Source of the DNA: Squalus acanthias
Lineage: Eukaryota
DNA: 64,000 nucleotides
NCBI GenBank assembly: GCA_030390025.1
Contig: CM059435.1
Span: forward strand, 101,122,001 to 101,186,000
Direction: 5' to 3'
Part shown: positions 44,186-56,846 of the stretch, piece after piece
How positions within the stretch are numbered: position 1 is the first letter of the stretch
How the letters are laid out: the number at the start of each line of letters is the position of its first letter
Notes under the pieces: model-generated
Told to the model about the DNA's origin: nothing
Database searches by the model: none
What the model saw: only the letters and a program-made list of their open reading frames with translations
Program-made: the position numbers and the translations under genes

Positions 44186-45888
44186 ACATTGGTTTTTCTT
44201 TGATCCAGCAGTAGGGGATTTGTAGTTTACACAATTTTGATGTTTTAATTTAACAACATTCAATTTTTACCATTTAAAAAATAGCTAACTGCCACGTCAC
44301 CTCTTTTCAGTCAGAAGGAAATACATTGGCTGGAATTTTCTTTACCTGGGCGGGTCCGGTGCGGCCGGTGTCAGTGGCGGGTCGCGACCCCGCTGCTGGC
44401 TCCATCCCACTGTACAAAATGAACTTACCTTAATGGGGCCTATTAAGCCCGCCTAACACGTTACCCGGCTCAATTAGATGGAGCAGGTCTGGTGACGTCA
44501 TTCATGGCGCGTTTTAAGTAGGGATCCTTAAAGGGACCCTGGTCACATTACATTTTAAGTTTAATCTAACATAGTGGGTGTTGAATCTTTACTGTACAAT
44601 AATATAATAAAAGTTATATATAAGTGACAAAGAAATATTTAAATAAAGTTATCATTAAGTAATATGACTCCATCAACAAATACAATCAAGGACATAATTT
44701 TAAAAAGTACATTAATTGGGAAGTTATTGGTGCTTTAGTCACAAATCTATAGACTTTTGTATCAGTAACTGGTACAAGTAAAAGATGTGTGTGTATAAGT
44801 AATACATAAAATGAAACAGATTTTAAATGTAATTGTAAAGGGGTGGATTTACAATTTATGCAAGTTCAGCGGAAGAGCTGCGGAATCCCTGACAAACAGT
44901 GTAAGTGGTGCTTACAATGTGTTTCTGGGATTTCTGCAGCTCTTCCATTGAAGTTAACAATGGACAAGTGAGAGAACCTCTGCAGAAATTCACCCCCAAA
45001 GTCTCAGACTGAAAAATTAAATTAGTCATATTCAGGGACTGAAAACAAATTGAACCAGTGGAATGAGTGATGAGAATGAAATTGTTACGGTTGATGACTT
45101 GATTTAATGTGTAACTGGACAATCACAGTATACTGTGAGAAACACCTGACCAGAAACAACACAAAAATTTATTTAAATGGTATATGTCATTTTTTATAGT
45201 GCAGATCAATTCACTGCAATTACTGTTCAGTTGGAAGGCAATAGCCGAGAATGGCCAGTGAAAAATTAACATTTACCAGTCGCTTTTCAAGTAGAACAAA
45301 ATCTCCATCAATCTGTTAGCTGATGTAATCAACATGTTTTTATTTTGGTTTGTTTTCCATGCTGTCAAGTAATCAGCTGGAGCAATGGCCACGGAACTCA
45401 TGCCTCAGGTTGACAGACATGGTTCCTGAACTGTGTGAATCCCGTAGTCATGCATTTAAAAAGTAGGGGGAAAAAGGTCTTAAGTGCCTGTAAAGTACCT
45501 CATAATGATTTCAGTGAGGTCCCCTGCCGCTGCAGGTCAGGTCAGCTCCACGCTGACAGATGCGCCTGTCGAGGAGCAGTGAATGACAGACCACAACTTC
45601 AGGATTTCCGCATTAGGATGCGCATGCGCTAAATCATGACGTTGCGGTCAGTTTCAAAGGCGAAATGTTGGCAAACGCTGCCAGTTTGCTGTCATCAGGA
45701 CTGCAAATTCTGAGCCATTATCACAATGTACACTACATCACCATGAACAGTACGTGATATGCATTAAAACTAATTTGTCTATTACAAAAATGCTGTATAT
45801 AACTTTAGATATCAGAAAAGATTGTGACATCGTATCAAGTAGTCATGGATAACAGGAAAGATTGGTCACAAGATATGTATGAGTGGTA

Positions 45889-46434
45889 CAGGAAACTCTT
45901 GTTTAACCGGCACCTAAATATCCGAAATTCTCTCTTAACCGGCAAAAATCATACTCCGAAAACTCCTCTCAAATAACCGGCAATGTTGCCGAGTCCGAGT
46001 CCGAGTCTCCCGCGAATGCCGAGTACTCCGAAAACTCCTCTCAAATAACCGGCAATGTTGCCGAGTCCGAGTCCAAGTCTCCCGCGAACGCCGAGTTAGT
46101 CAGTGGGGGTAGTTCTCCTGGCGCTGTCGGAAGTCCGAACACTGCAGTAACAGGAGTCTGATTCTCCCGCGCTGCCGGGAGTCTCACTTACTGTTAAGTA
46201 ATTAAAGAGTTACGGATTACCCTCAACTGGCAGTACTGTACTTAATCAAGCATCTTCCACCATCCATTTAACACAACATTCCGTAGGTGAGTAACCAAAT
46301 ACTGTATACTGCACATTTCTTGATTTTTGTTTGTTAAAAATAGCCTCGGTAGATATAACTCTCCGTTATCCGGAACTTTCGATCAACCGGCACCACGCCG
46401 GTCCCGTCGGTGCCGGATACCAAAGAGTTTCCTG
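45889..46434. mobile_element. Tc1/mariner-superfamily (pogo/Tigger-like) MITE
   Basis: TA TSD; about 26-bp TIRs caggaaactct...ccggcacc / ggtgccgga...agagtttcctg; internal 72-bp tandem duplication 45952-46095. Confidence 0.85.
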
Positions 46435-47129
46435 TACCAGGTAAAATAGAGAATAAATGCCAAGGAGAGATTGTTGTAAAAGGATACTTATGTTAAACTA
46501 TGTTATATTCATTTTTTGATATTAAGAATTAATAGTCTCTGATTTTTCTCTCCTCCCGAGGCTCTATTCAGGCAGAATGAATCCAAAATGCACTAAACTT
46601 AGCTGAACCCACCTGTATTTATAAGTTCAGGCCATTAGCTTAGGCCTAATACACCCTAGGTACAGGTTCATTCCTCGATTGGGCCTTGCACCTGGAACCA
46701 GGGGCAGAAATCCAAATGTTGCTCCAGGCCTGAGCACAAAGGAGAGGAAAATCAGCCCCATCATTTCAGTGAACATTAGCATTGAGTAAGTAGAATGTAA
46801 GCAATCTTTTGGAACAAATAAAATCACAATAGAACCAAGAAGCCTGTCTCTTTTTGATAATAGAAATCACCTTTCTGCCATCTCATCATATTACTCAATT
46901 CCTTCTCACCCAAGAAACACATTTAATTGCCTTTTAAAACCACCTACACTGCCTGCTCAATGACTATCCATTACAGATTTGGGTTTTTAGGGCTATCTTC
47001 TCTCTCAAACAATTTAACACTCCCTGTAAATGGATCTTGTCCCCTACGATCCACAATGTGGATCCAAAATATACCTTTTCTACAATCTTGTCCTCACAGA
47101 GGTGAAAAGGGCCATCATTTTTTCTGTTT

Positions 47130-47260
47130 TTTAAAATTCTTTCATGGGATGTGGGCGTTGCTGGCAAGGCCAGCATTTATTGCCCATCCCTAGTTGCCCT
47201 TGAGAAGGTGGTGGTGAGCCGCCTTCTTGAAGCGCTGCAGTCCGTGTGGTGGAGGTACAG
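47130..47260 (-). mobile_element. LINE 3'-end fragment
   Basis: tgggatgtgggcgttgctggcaaggccagcatttattgcccatccct...; near-identical to 59190-59300. Confidence 0.75.
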
Positions 47261-47964
47261 TAATCTATTTATTGGATTTAACTTAGTCTTGCACTGTGCT
47301 AACATTGTCTTTGGGATGGGGGATATTATCACATTGATCGGGAAGTTACAAATGGAAATTAAATTTGGGCAGTTTCGTTAGCGATTCACAATGCCAGTTT
47401 TACACCTGGATGGTAAGTTGAATATCTACTCCAGCGTGTCTGCGTGAAACATAACAGAACAACCTAGATCGTTTCAAACACAGGAACAATGCCGCTAATA
47501 AAATTAAGGAAACAAACCAATTTGACCTTTTGATCAAAGATACAATCTGATCTTTATGTAATTTACATAATTCAACCTTCACGATACCTTCATGATAACT
47601 TATTCTACAAGCCTATTACCCTTTGGGTGAAAAAGTTTCTACAACGTTGCTTCTCAGTGTTAATTTCCTAAGTTTTAATTCAACAATTTAAAATTCAGGG
47701 ACAATTTTTCGGCTCAAACTGACTGTACCTCACTCCCTTTTTTGCCTCCACTGCTATCTCCTCTAAAGAATGAAAGGTTGCAGTTTTAGTGATTGTCCTC
47801 CTATCTGCATGTGCTGCCTCTTGTTATGTGCAGAATTCTCCTGCAACCAAATGGAAAAGGGATTTGTGTCCAGGGGTGGGTATACCTGATTTTGTTGGAA
47901 TAAAATCCTGAAACTCTGAAGCAAAATTGTTTCATTTGTAAGCACATCCTCATCAGTGGCTCAC

Positions 47965-48690
47965 TCAACAACAACAAGCAATTATATAGCACCTTTAATG
48001 TAGTAAAAATGTCCCCAAGCACTTTGCAGGAGCGTTAACTGATAAAATTTGACACCGAGCCACAAAGAGATATTAGGACAGGTGACCAAAGGCTTGGTCA
48101 AAGAGATAGGTTTTAAGGAGTAACTTAAAGGAGGAGAGAGAGGTAGAGAGGTGGAGAGGTTTAAGGAGGGAATTCCAGAGCTTAGGGCCCAGGCAGCTGA
48201 AGGCACGGCGCCAATGGTGGAGCGATTAAAATCGGGGATGCTCAATAGGCCAGAACTGGAGGAGTGCAGATATCTCGGAGGGTTGTAAGATTGGTGGATA
48301 TTAGAGAGATGGGTGGGGTGAGGTCATGGAGGGATTTGAACACAAGGATGAGAATTTTAAAATCGAGGTGTTGTCGGTCAGACAGCACAGGGGTCTTGGT
48401 GCGAGTTAGGATACGGGCAGCAGAGTTTTGGATGAGCTCATGTTTACGGAGGGTGGAAGGTGGGAGGCCAGCCAGGAGAGCATTGGACTTGTCGAGTCTG
48501 GAGGTAACAAAGGCAGGATTGAGAGTTTCAGCAGCACATGAACTGAGGCGGGGGTGGAGATGGACAATGTTACAGAGGTGGAAGTAGGCGGTCTTGGTGA
48601 TGGAGAGGGTATCGGGTCGGAAGCTCTGCTCAGGGTCAAATAGGATGCAGAGTTTGCGAACAGTCTCAGACAGCGCAAACAAATCTGTCT
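47965..48690 (-). mobile_element. L2-type LINE 3' fragment
   Basis: ORF 48242-48721 (AFVTSRLD..NALLAGLP...IQNSAARILTRT...FKILILVFKSLH) and L2 tail ending (ttg)n. Confidence 0.88.
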
Positions 48691-48840
48691 GTGACAGTAA
48701 ATGACTGAAACCAATCTGCATGGCTACAACATTTGTATGTGTAAATCCCTGTGTATATCAAGAGCTCTCTTCCTCTATATCCCAGTGTGTATCTGTGGTT
48801 TTCTTCTCTCTAAATCCGTGTATATGTTTTTTTTCTCTAT

Positions 48841-49495
48841 GGGCTCGATTCTGATACTGGGGCGGGCTGGGGTCGTGTCATCCACTTTTTGTGTTATCCA
48901 CCCGACTCCAATTGGATGTGGGAGATTGATGCGATTTTCACCTAATTGGGCAATTGAGTTCCAGCATGTGGGAACCCATGACCCAATTAGTGTTTTCAGT
49001 CTGAAAGTCGCCTCTGATGATGTCATCATTGCTGCTGCATTGAAGGTCTGCAAAGACTGCCTGGCCTTTGCTGTGAGAGGACCTGGATGCAAAATGAGCA
49101 GCAGCAGCCCTAAGTCTTCTACCACCACCACCGCCGCCACCCATCAAATCTCTGTTGTAATAGTGGACCTGCAGCTGATAGTCAGCAATCCAAATGTGCT
49201 ACCGCCAGGTTTCACATTCGTGGTTCAGAACAGGCGTGCTTCACATAGAAAAAGGGTTAAAATCACAAAGGCCTTTCAAAATGGCATTATAGAGGCAATT
49301 TAGTGCTTGTTAAGGGCCTTAACAGCCTATCCCGCCTCTTGGAGGCGGGACGGAGTCGGGACCAGCAGACACGATTTAATGAAAATTGCGTGGAGGCGGG
49401 ATGGAGGTGGGCTTGTGCCCGCCCGCCAGTTTTCGCAATTTTAACCCCCCACACGCCTCCAAACCCACCTCCATGGGTCAATGAAAATTCTTCCC
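48841..49495. mobile_element. Non-autonomous DNA element, Harbinger-like
   Basis: TAT|gggctcgattct ... gaaaattcttccc|TAT; GC-rich subterminal regions like 44326-44545. Confidence 0.55.
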
Positions 49496-49749
49496 TATGT
49501 GTCTATCACTCTGTGTGAAAATCCCTCTATCTCTATTTGCCTCTGTGGGTCTGAATTTCTTTTTCTTTCCCTGTTGGTCTGAAGTTATCTTTCTTTCCTC
49601 TGTTTGAACTTTCTCTTCACTGTATGTTTGAATTCTCTCTGTGAAAAACCTGTACAGGAGCAGTGGCAGACGTTTATGAATAGTGGTATGATATAGTTGT
49701 TTTTTTGACTTTCCAAATTAAAATAGGTTCAGATGGGCTGAGCAACAAA

Positions 49750-50198
49750 TAAGGAAAGAACTTGCACATCTTTCATGCCCTCAAGATATCCCAAAGCACT
49801 TCGCAGCCAATGAGGTGTTTTTGAAGTGTAGTCAGTACTGTAACTTAAGCAAACATGGCAGCCAATTTGGACACAGCAAGGTCTCACAAACAGCAATGAG
49901 ATAAATAACCTGATAATCCATTTTGGTGCTCTTGATTGAGGAATAAATGTAGGGCAGGGCATTGGGATAACTCCCCTGCTCTTAATCAAAAAGTGCCATG
50001 GGATCATTTTATCCACCTGCGTGGCAGACGCCCGGGCCTCAGTTTAACATCTTATCTAAAAGATGGCACCACTGACATTAATATCTTACCTGAAAGACAG
50101 CACCTTCATCAAAGCAGTACTCCCTCAGTACTACACTGAAGTGTCAGCCTAGGTTATGTGCTCAAGTCCTGGAGTGGGACTGGCTCAGAGGTGAGAGG
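49750..50198 (-). mobile_element. Deu-domain SINE copy
   Basis: Colinear with 27410-27887. Confidence 0.75.
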
Positions 50199-53100
50199 TA
50201 TTCAAAACAGTGTAAGCTTTTCACCTGCAGGTGGCACTAGATTCTCATAATATTCTGTCTGACTCTTTGTAAGACGTCAATATTTATTTTCAACCCTGTC
50301 AATAGAAAAGTGAAGCAAAATCTTTCAAAGTTGTATGTAATAGAATATGTGGCTCCATAGCACCTGTGTGACCCACCCTGACTAAAAGCTTGGACTCCAC
50401 CAATGCAACAGTGATTAAACTTTAAAAATATTTTCAACAATTATTATTGATTGCTGCTTTGTCGCACCTTCATTAAATTATTTGAATCTCACAGAATGTA
50501 GCTTTTGTGATGTAGAACCTCATAGGATACTAAATTATTTCAACAATGAATTACAGAAAAAAAATATCATTATCCTCTTTACTAAAACAATGTTTGCAGT
50601 GATGTGTTGATGATAATATTCCTCAGTCCCTCTCCGCCATAGAAATCCGGCACTGTATATGGCAGGGGAAAAGGGATTAAAATACAGCTCCTCATAGCTA
50701 ATTACTATTCGCACCAGTCATCCTGATGATAACGATGTGTAACAGCAATGCACTAGCGACATCATTTCATTGCTGGTCTGAGAGGTCCTACTTATCTTCA
50801 GAGGAGGACTAAAGATAAAACATAAAGGTTCATGATTCATGAGCACAATCACAAAATCTGTAACAACTGAATAGTAATCGACTGGTTTCACTCCAGAGTA
50901 TTACCACAGAGGCCATGTTATACCTGCTGCACATGCAGTGTGGAGATAGGATAGAGGCTAATATACACTTGGAACAGAATACCCATGGAGTAGCAGAAAA
51001 AGGAGCTATGAAAGGAAACGAATGACAAAACGAAAAGCCGCCCACTGACAGATCAAACATTTCCAAGGAATAGAGATTCTTTACCACATTTGAAGGGTCG
51101 GAGGAATCAGTGTGTCAATTCAAGCAGAAAATAAGATAAAGGAAAAAAAATCTTCCCAGAAAAAGGTGATACATTTTTTGGTTGATAGTGTTTACATTGT
51201 GGAAATAGAGCAAGTATAGAAAAGAATAAAACAGCTCTAGTTCAGCATTGTGTTCACTTAAAATAAACCTCCCCCACCCACCATCACCATCTGTTCCCAT
51301 AGGAGTGTGAACCCAGCATAAATAGCATATGTCATTGCAAAGAATGATTACACCTCCAGCCTTTGTCCCACAGTTTTTGTGTGTGGGTGTCCACACATGC
51401 AAAGACAGCTTTACATGTGTGAAATATTAAATAAGGTACACCACACAAGCAAATAAAGCAAGCAACTGTCCCAACAACAAAGCCCCCTCACCCTTCCACT
51501 CATGTGCATACAAATCACTGCCTTTTACATCATTGTATGTGAATTTGTAGAAGTTGAAATACAAGATGTGCTGAAAGTCCCCTTGCGTAAAAGGCTCGGG
51601 TGTAATCCTTCTTTACATTGACACATGACTATTTGTGCTCCTTCACACTCCAATGAGAACAGAAGACCAGTAGAAAAAATTCCAATGGCACATTAAAGTA
51701 AACACAATCCTGAACTGGAGCCCTCTGTATCCTTTTTATTACACTGAAACCATTTGCATAATATAAATTTTAAACCCGTTCTTTGTGTCAATTCAATGTA
51801 AACATCATAGAATGGATATAGAATCCACAGTATAACTAATGCAATTTTGTTCAACAGAAATGGTCTAAAATGATCTTGAAGCAATAGTCTCACATCAATT
51901 TGCCTTAGTACAACTGCAACCAGTGCAAAGAGAACTTCTTACACTTTATTTTTAAATGTTTTTAATGTCAGTAAAGAGTTCACTATTCTTCTAACAATTT
52001 GCTATCATGGAAGCGCTCACCCTTATTTGAATGCTGGTGAGTGGAATGCACAAGTATGTAAGCCCTCCTATACGTAGCTACAATTTCCCTGACCAGACAG
52101 CTGTGCAGAGTCAGCAGTATAAGTCATTGTTGCTGGCTCATACCACTGTAAAACAGGTAGTGGTCTCAAAATTGCACTACAACTATAAAGCAACATCTGT
52201 CTCAACCCAACCCTGAAATGGAAGCTATGCACCCCCAACATCACGCCAATTCCTATTTGAGAGAGAGGATCCCATGCCTCTGCTAGTGCTGTATTAGGAG
52301 AGAGGCTGTCTGCTTTTCTGTGGAGAAGCATTTGCTTTCCTCTTGAATAAAATTTGATGGAATATGCCAGCTATCTCTTCTTGCTTAATTTCTGTCATTA
52401 TGTTAAAACAAAATTAACCAGCCTCACAATTACCATTTCTTTTAAAACACAAAACCCATTCATGAAAGGAAATCAGTTTATCTTTCACAGAACGTGCCTG
52501 TATAGTGCTGAGGTCTGGGAAGCCATTATTACAATAAACTGACTCTGCCATTTACTTCTATCAAATCAGATGCAGCTCTAAAAGGAAACGTTTATCCATT
52601 AGGGAACTATCTATGAAATGATGTGCAGGTCTGTGCTATAAATTGGGCCTAGACAAATATAAACGTGGGCAAAGTGTTTCTTCCTAGGGTTCCTTTTTCT
52701 AAAATATGCGTTATGTCTGAATCGTTAACTCTTCAACTGCCAGCAGTTCAAGAGAATGTCTCACACCCTGGCACTGCCACTTTTCCAAGGATTCAGTCCA
52801 AGGCTAAAAAAATCCCCTATTATAACATTGGCCCTGAATTTGCAGTCGGAGGCATACCAGAAGAATACGCCTCAGAACCGAAAAAAAAATCCTTACTTAC
52901 CTAATGTCTCGTTATTTGGCTCAGTGTCAACTTTTCTCTGATTACACTCCTGTGAAATGCCTTGTGACATTTTCCTACATTAAAGGTGCTATATAAATGC
53001 AAGCTGTTGTTGTTTCTTCCCTCTCCATCTCTTCAATATTTACTGCAATATTATTTCACACTCACTACCTATTTCAATTACATTTTTAAAACAAAATTCT

Positions 53101-54336
53101 ACTCGTTGATCTGTACCTACACTGTTTTTGCTGTCTATTTTTGGAGTTGGAACTCACATACGTAAAATTTAGTCTTTATGTTTCCTGATGGGACTTATTT
53201 AATTTGGGTTACCCCTTGTGTTATGATAAGATTAATTAGAAAATCTATACTATTTAGAAATGAGCTCCAAAGACTAGTTAACTAGCCAACCAAGAGGCTG
53301 AACGTCAAAAGTTGACCAGTTTATGTCATTGGAGTGACCAGGTCAAGTTCTGTTGTTGTTTCTAGGTCAACATGTAGAAGACCAAAGCAGCTAATGAAAT
53401 AACTGATCAGTGGCACAAGAAAGTAGATGTGCCAAGATAAGTTGCCTTGCTATAGTTGGCTAGGAGATGGGAGTTGCAGCTAGTACTGTGGAAAAACTCA
53501 TTGCAATGAAAAATGTACAACATCTTTGTTACAAAAAAAATTATGGTATACCCCCTCTTTCCACTCCCAAGGGAAGATAGATTTTTTTTTAAAGGCAAAA
53601 AAACCCATGAAATAAACAAGCATCGTTGTATTTATGCACATTCAATAAGAGGGCCAGATAAGATTTAATTAAAATGTGTATTATTCATGCATGCCTGAAT
53701 GGTTATGTTTACTTGAATTCAAATTGATGGATTGTGTCTTTCAAGTAATACTAAACTAATCCCTGCATTGGGATTTTATTCCCTCATATAATCTCCCTTT
53801 TGTTCCAGCATCAAAACCATTCTTGATAATGGTTGTATACTAGAAGATATTCCAGTCCAAAGTAAAATATTAGAATGTGTAACATGGTTTGCACAGCATG
53901 AACATCTTATTAATTTAAAAACAGTATGGGCTAAAAGCCAAAAGGTGTGCTAAAGATTGATCTGAAAACTAAAACAATAAGAATTTAGATTTATCAAATA
54001 TGGAGTGATGCTTGAACCCAGAACCTTTTAACTCAGAAGCAAAAGTGCTAGGACTAAACCAAACATGAGCCAAGCTAACACTCGGTACCGTTACTGTAAA
54101 CTTAAAACTGTTAAATGAAAAATCTTAATGAAGGTGTCAAGGTGGAGCACCAATGTATAGCACCATAGGATGGAAAAAAGCAGATTCAATTCCCCCTTGT
54201 CATAAGAATCACGAGGGGAGGTACCAAGGGAAGGCGAGCCACTTCTTCCATAGACAAATTCAGAAGAAGAGTCATCCCTCGCCACTCTAACACACCTTCT
54301 AGAGGTCAGTTTAGAGCTGCATTGGCTGAGGTCAAG

Positions 54337-54955
54337 GAGAATCATACAGCACAGGAGGACGTCATTGGGCCTATTATGTCTGGTCCAGTGCTCAGAAAGG
54401 GCGAGCTACTTGGTCTTAGTCCCCTGCCAGTTACTTAAACCCCTTTTAAAAGCTGTTATTGATTCTGCTTCTACCATTGTTTCCAGTAGGGCATTCCATG
54501 TCCTTACAACCCTCTCCCTAAAATAAATTCTCCTAGCCTCTCCTTTCATTCTTTTTTAATTTATCACCACTAGTTACCGACTCCCACTATTGGAAATAGT
54601 TTTTCCCTATTTACCTCATCAAAACTCTTCATAATTTTGAACAGCTCTATCAGATCTCCTCTTAACCTTCACTGGTCTAATAAAATGAGCCCCAGTTTCT
54701 CTGGTGTCTCCTCTTAATTAAAGTCTTTCATCCTTGGTATGATGTTAGTGAATCTCTTCTACACCATGTCTATAGCCTTACCATGCTTCCTAACATATGG
54801 TGCCCAAAACGGAGCACAATATTCTAACTGTAGCATAACCACTGAGTTGTATAAGCTTAGCATTACCTCTTTACTTTTGTACTTTATCTCCCTAAAACTA
54901 GAGACTTAAAAAAAACAGCTTTATCAACTAGCCCTCCCACTTTAAAAAATATGTA
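54337..54955 (-). mobile_element. Decayed CR1 3' fragment
   Basis: agaatcatacagcacagga tail; similarity to 6330-6880. Confidence 0.7.
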
Positions 54956-56003
54956 TCTTAAGAGGTCACCCACACTCAGGTATAGATAGTGGTCCAGGTA
55001 AATTAGGAATTGGGGACAGGAATACTCAAAGGTCATTCTTTAATCTTTTTTAGAAAAGGAACCAAGTTATGAACAAGTGTATAATTAAACCTCCATCTAA
55101 AAGCTGGGAAGTTTAGAGAAATGGTAAAGAGGACCATTTTTAAACCATTCTAATTTTCTGTTTATTCCTACATAATTCTGAATGGGTCAGTATTTACTTC
55201 TCTTAAATCTCCCTATTCATTGATATTTTTTCTAACATAAATTATTATGTTATAGAATTGTAGACAATTCAGTTCCTCGTGAGCAATCTGTTTTCTAGAT
55301 TTTGTGCTTGGGTAAACGTTCACAATGCATGCTGGGCAATGCAGATTTTCCACAGCAATTCTAATTTCACTTTCAACTATTTTGACCAGCCTCGAGCAAT
55401 TATCTAACCCTCCAGCCTGCTACCTCCATACAGAACCATTGCCAATTACCTCTCTATTCATATACGCCCCTCCAACCTGCGGTCTGCTCATTTCAGGACT
55501 TCAAAGATTGGAATGATGGCCCACTCCGAAACGCATGGAGAGGGGGAAGGATTTTTCAAATTGCTACAGCATGAGGCTGCAAATTCCTGCCCTTTGTAGG
55601 ATTACTTCACTGTCTGGGTGAGAGAGTATGTTGACAGTCATCACGATCAGGGATAGAAGCAGGAAATTTAGAATTGTACACACTTCTTCCAAAATTCGCC
55701 ACATCCCTCCCCTGAGGCCCAAACATTGCTCCCCCAGAAAATTTATACATTAAAAATGGTGCATTTCACAATTGATAGACCTTCAATCTAAAAAAAAATG
55801 GAAAAATAAATAACATACTAACCAGACCATCAATTCTCCAAAAGCTATCTGAAAAATCACCATTCCTCTGTTCAGTTGTAGTCCCCTTCCCTTCACAGAG
55901 AGCCTCTTTCACAAAGGAATTCTTCAATTCTGATCTCTGTCCTAATTTACAAAAATGAGAAGTCGCACAACACCAGGTTATAGTCCAACAGATTTATTTA
56001 ATT

Positions 56004-56042
56004 TTACAAGCTTTCGAAGCAGTTCGCTCCTTCGTCAGGTAA
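56004..56042 (-). ncRNA. Minimal hammerhead ribozyme (E left arm)
   Basis: Reverse strand: UUAC CUGACGA A GGAGC-gaacu-GCUUC GAAA GC UU GUAA. Confidence 0.78.
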
Positions 56043-56807
56043 GTTAGCAATGAGAGAATCTCCCAGAATTCACAATTTAAACCCAGACAAAATCTATTCA
56101 CATTATTCCCTGCAACAAAGAGCACAGTCAAGACAATGAGTTGTGTCCCAGGGGGTCCAACGTGTCAAACCACCTGCTGGCTGCATATCCTGTCAATTTG
56201 TGTTCTTGTGTTAGCCTTTTAAAAAAAAAAACACCTGGGAAGACCGGCCATGATGTCAAGTCACGTTCTGTATCGTGACATGAACCCGATATCGCGATTG
56301 AGGCCATCCTCATGAGTGCGGAACTTGGCTATCAGTTTCTGCTCTATGATTTTGCGCTGTCGTGTATCTCGAAGGCCGCCTTGGAGAACGCTTACCCGCA
56401 GATCCGACTGGGAACACTTCAGCAGCCAGGGGCATTCAGCCTCGGATCTGCGGGTAAGCGTTCTCCAAGGCGGCCTTCGAGATACACGACAGCGCAAAAT
56501 CATAGAGCAGAAACTGATAGCCAAGTTCCGCACTCATGAGGATGGCCTCAATCGCGATATCGGGTTCATGTCACGATACAGAACGTGACTTGACATCATG
56601 GCCGGTCTTCCCAGGTGTTTTTTTTTTTAAAAAGGCTAACACAAGAACACAAATTGACAGGATATGCAGCCAGCAGGTGGTTTGACACGTTGGACCCCCT
56701 GGGACACAACTCATTGTCTTGACTGTGCTCTTTGTTGCAGGGAATAATGTGAATAGATTTTGTCTGGGTTTAAATTGTGAATTCTGGGAGATTCTCTCAT
56801 TGCTAAC

Positions 56808-56846
56808 TTACCTGATGAAGGAGCGAACTGCTTCGAAAGCTTGTAA
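56808..56846 (+). ncRNA. Minimal hammerhead ribozyme (E right arm)
   Basis: ttac ctgatga a ggagc gaact gcttc gaaa gc tt gtaa. Confidence 0.78.

Noticed and set aside
48701-49303. 200-aa ORF
   Set aside because: Runs through low-complexity DNA and a non-autonomous element; no recognisable domain
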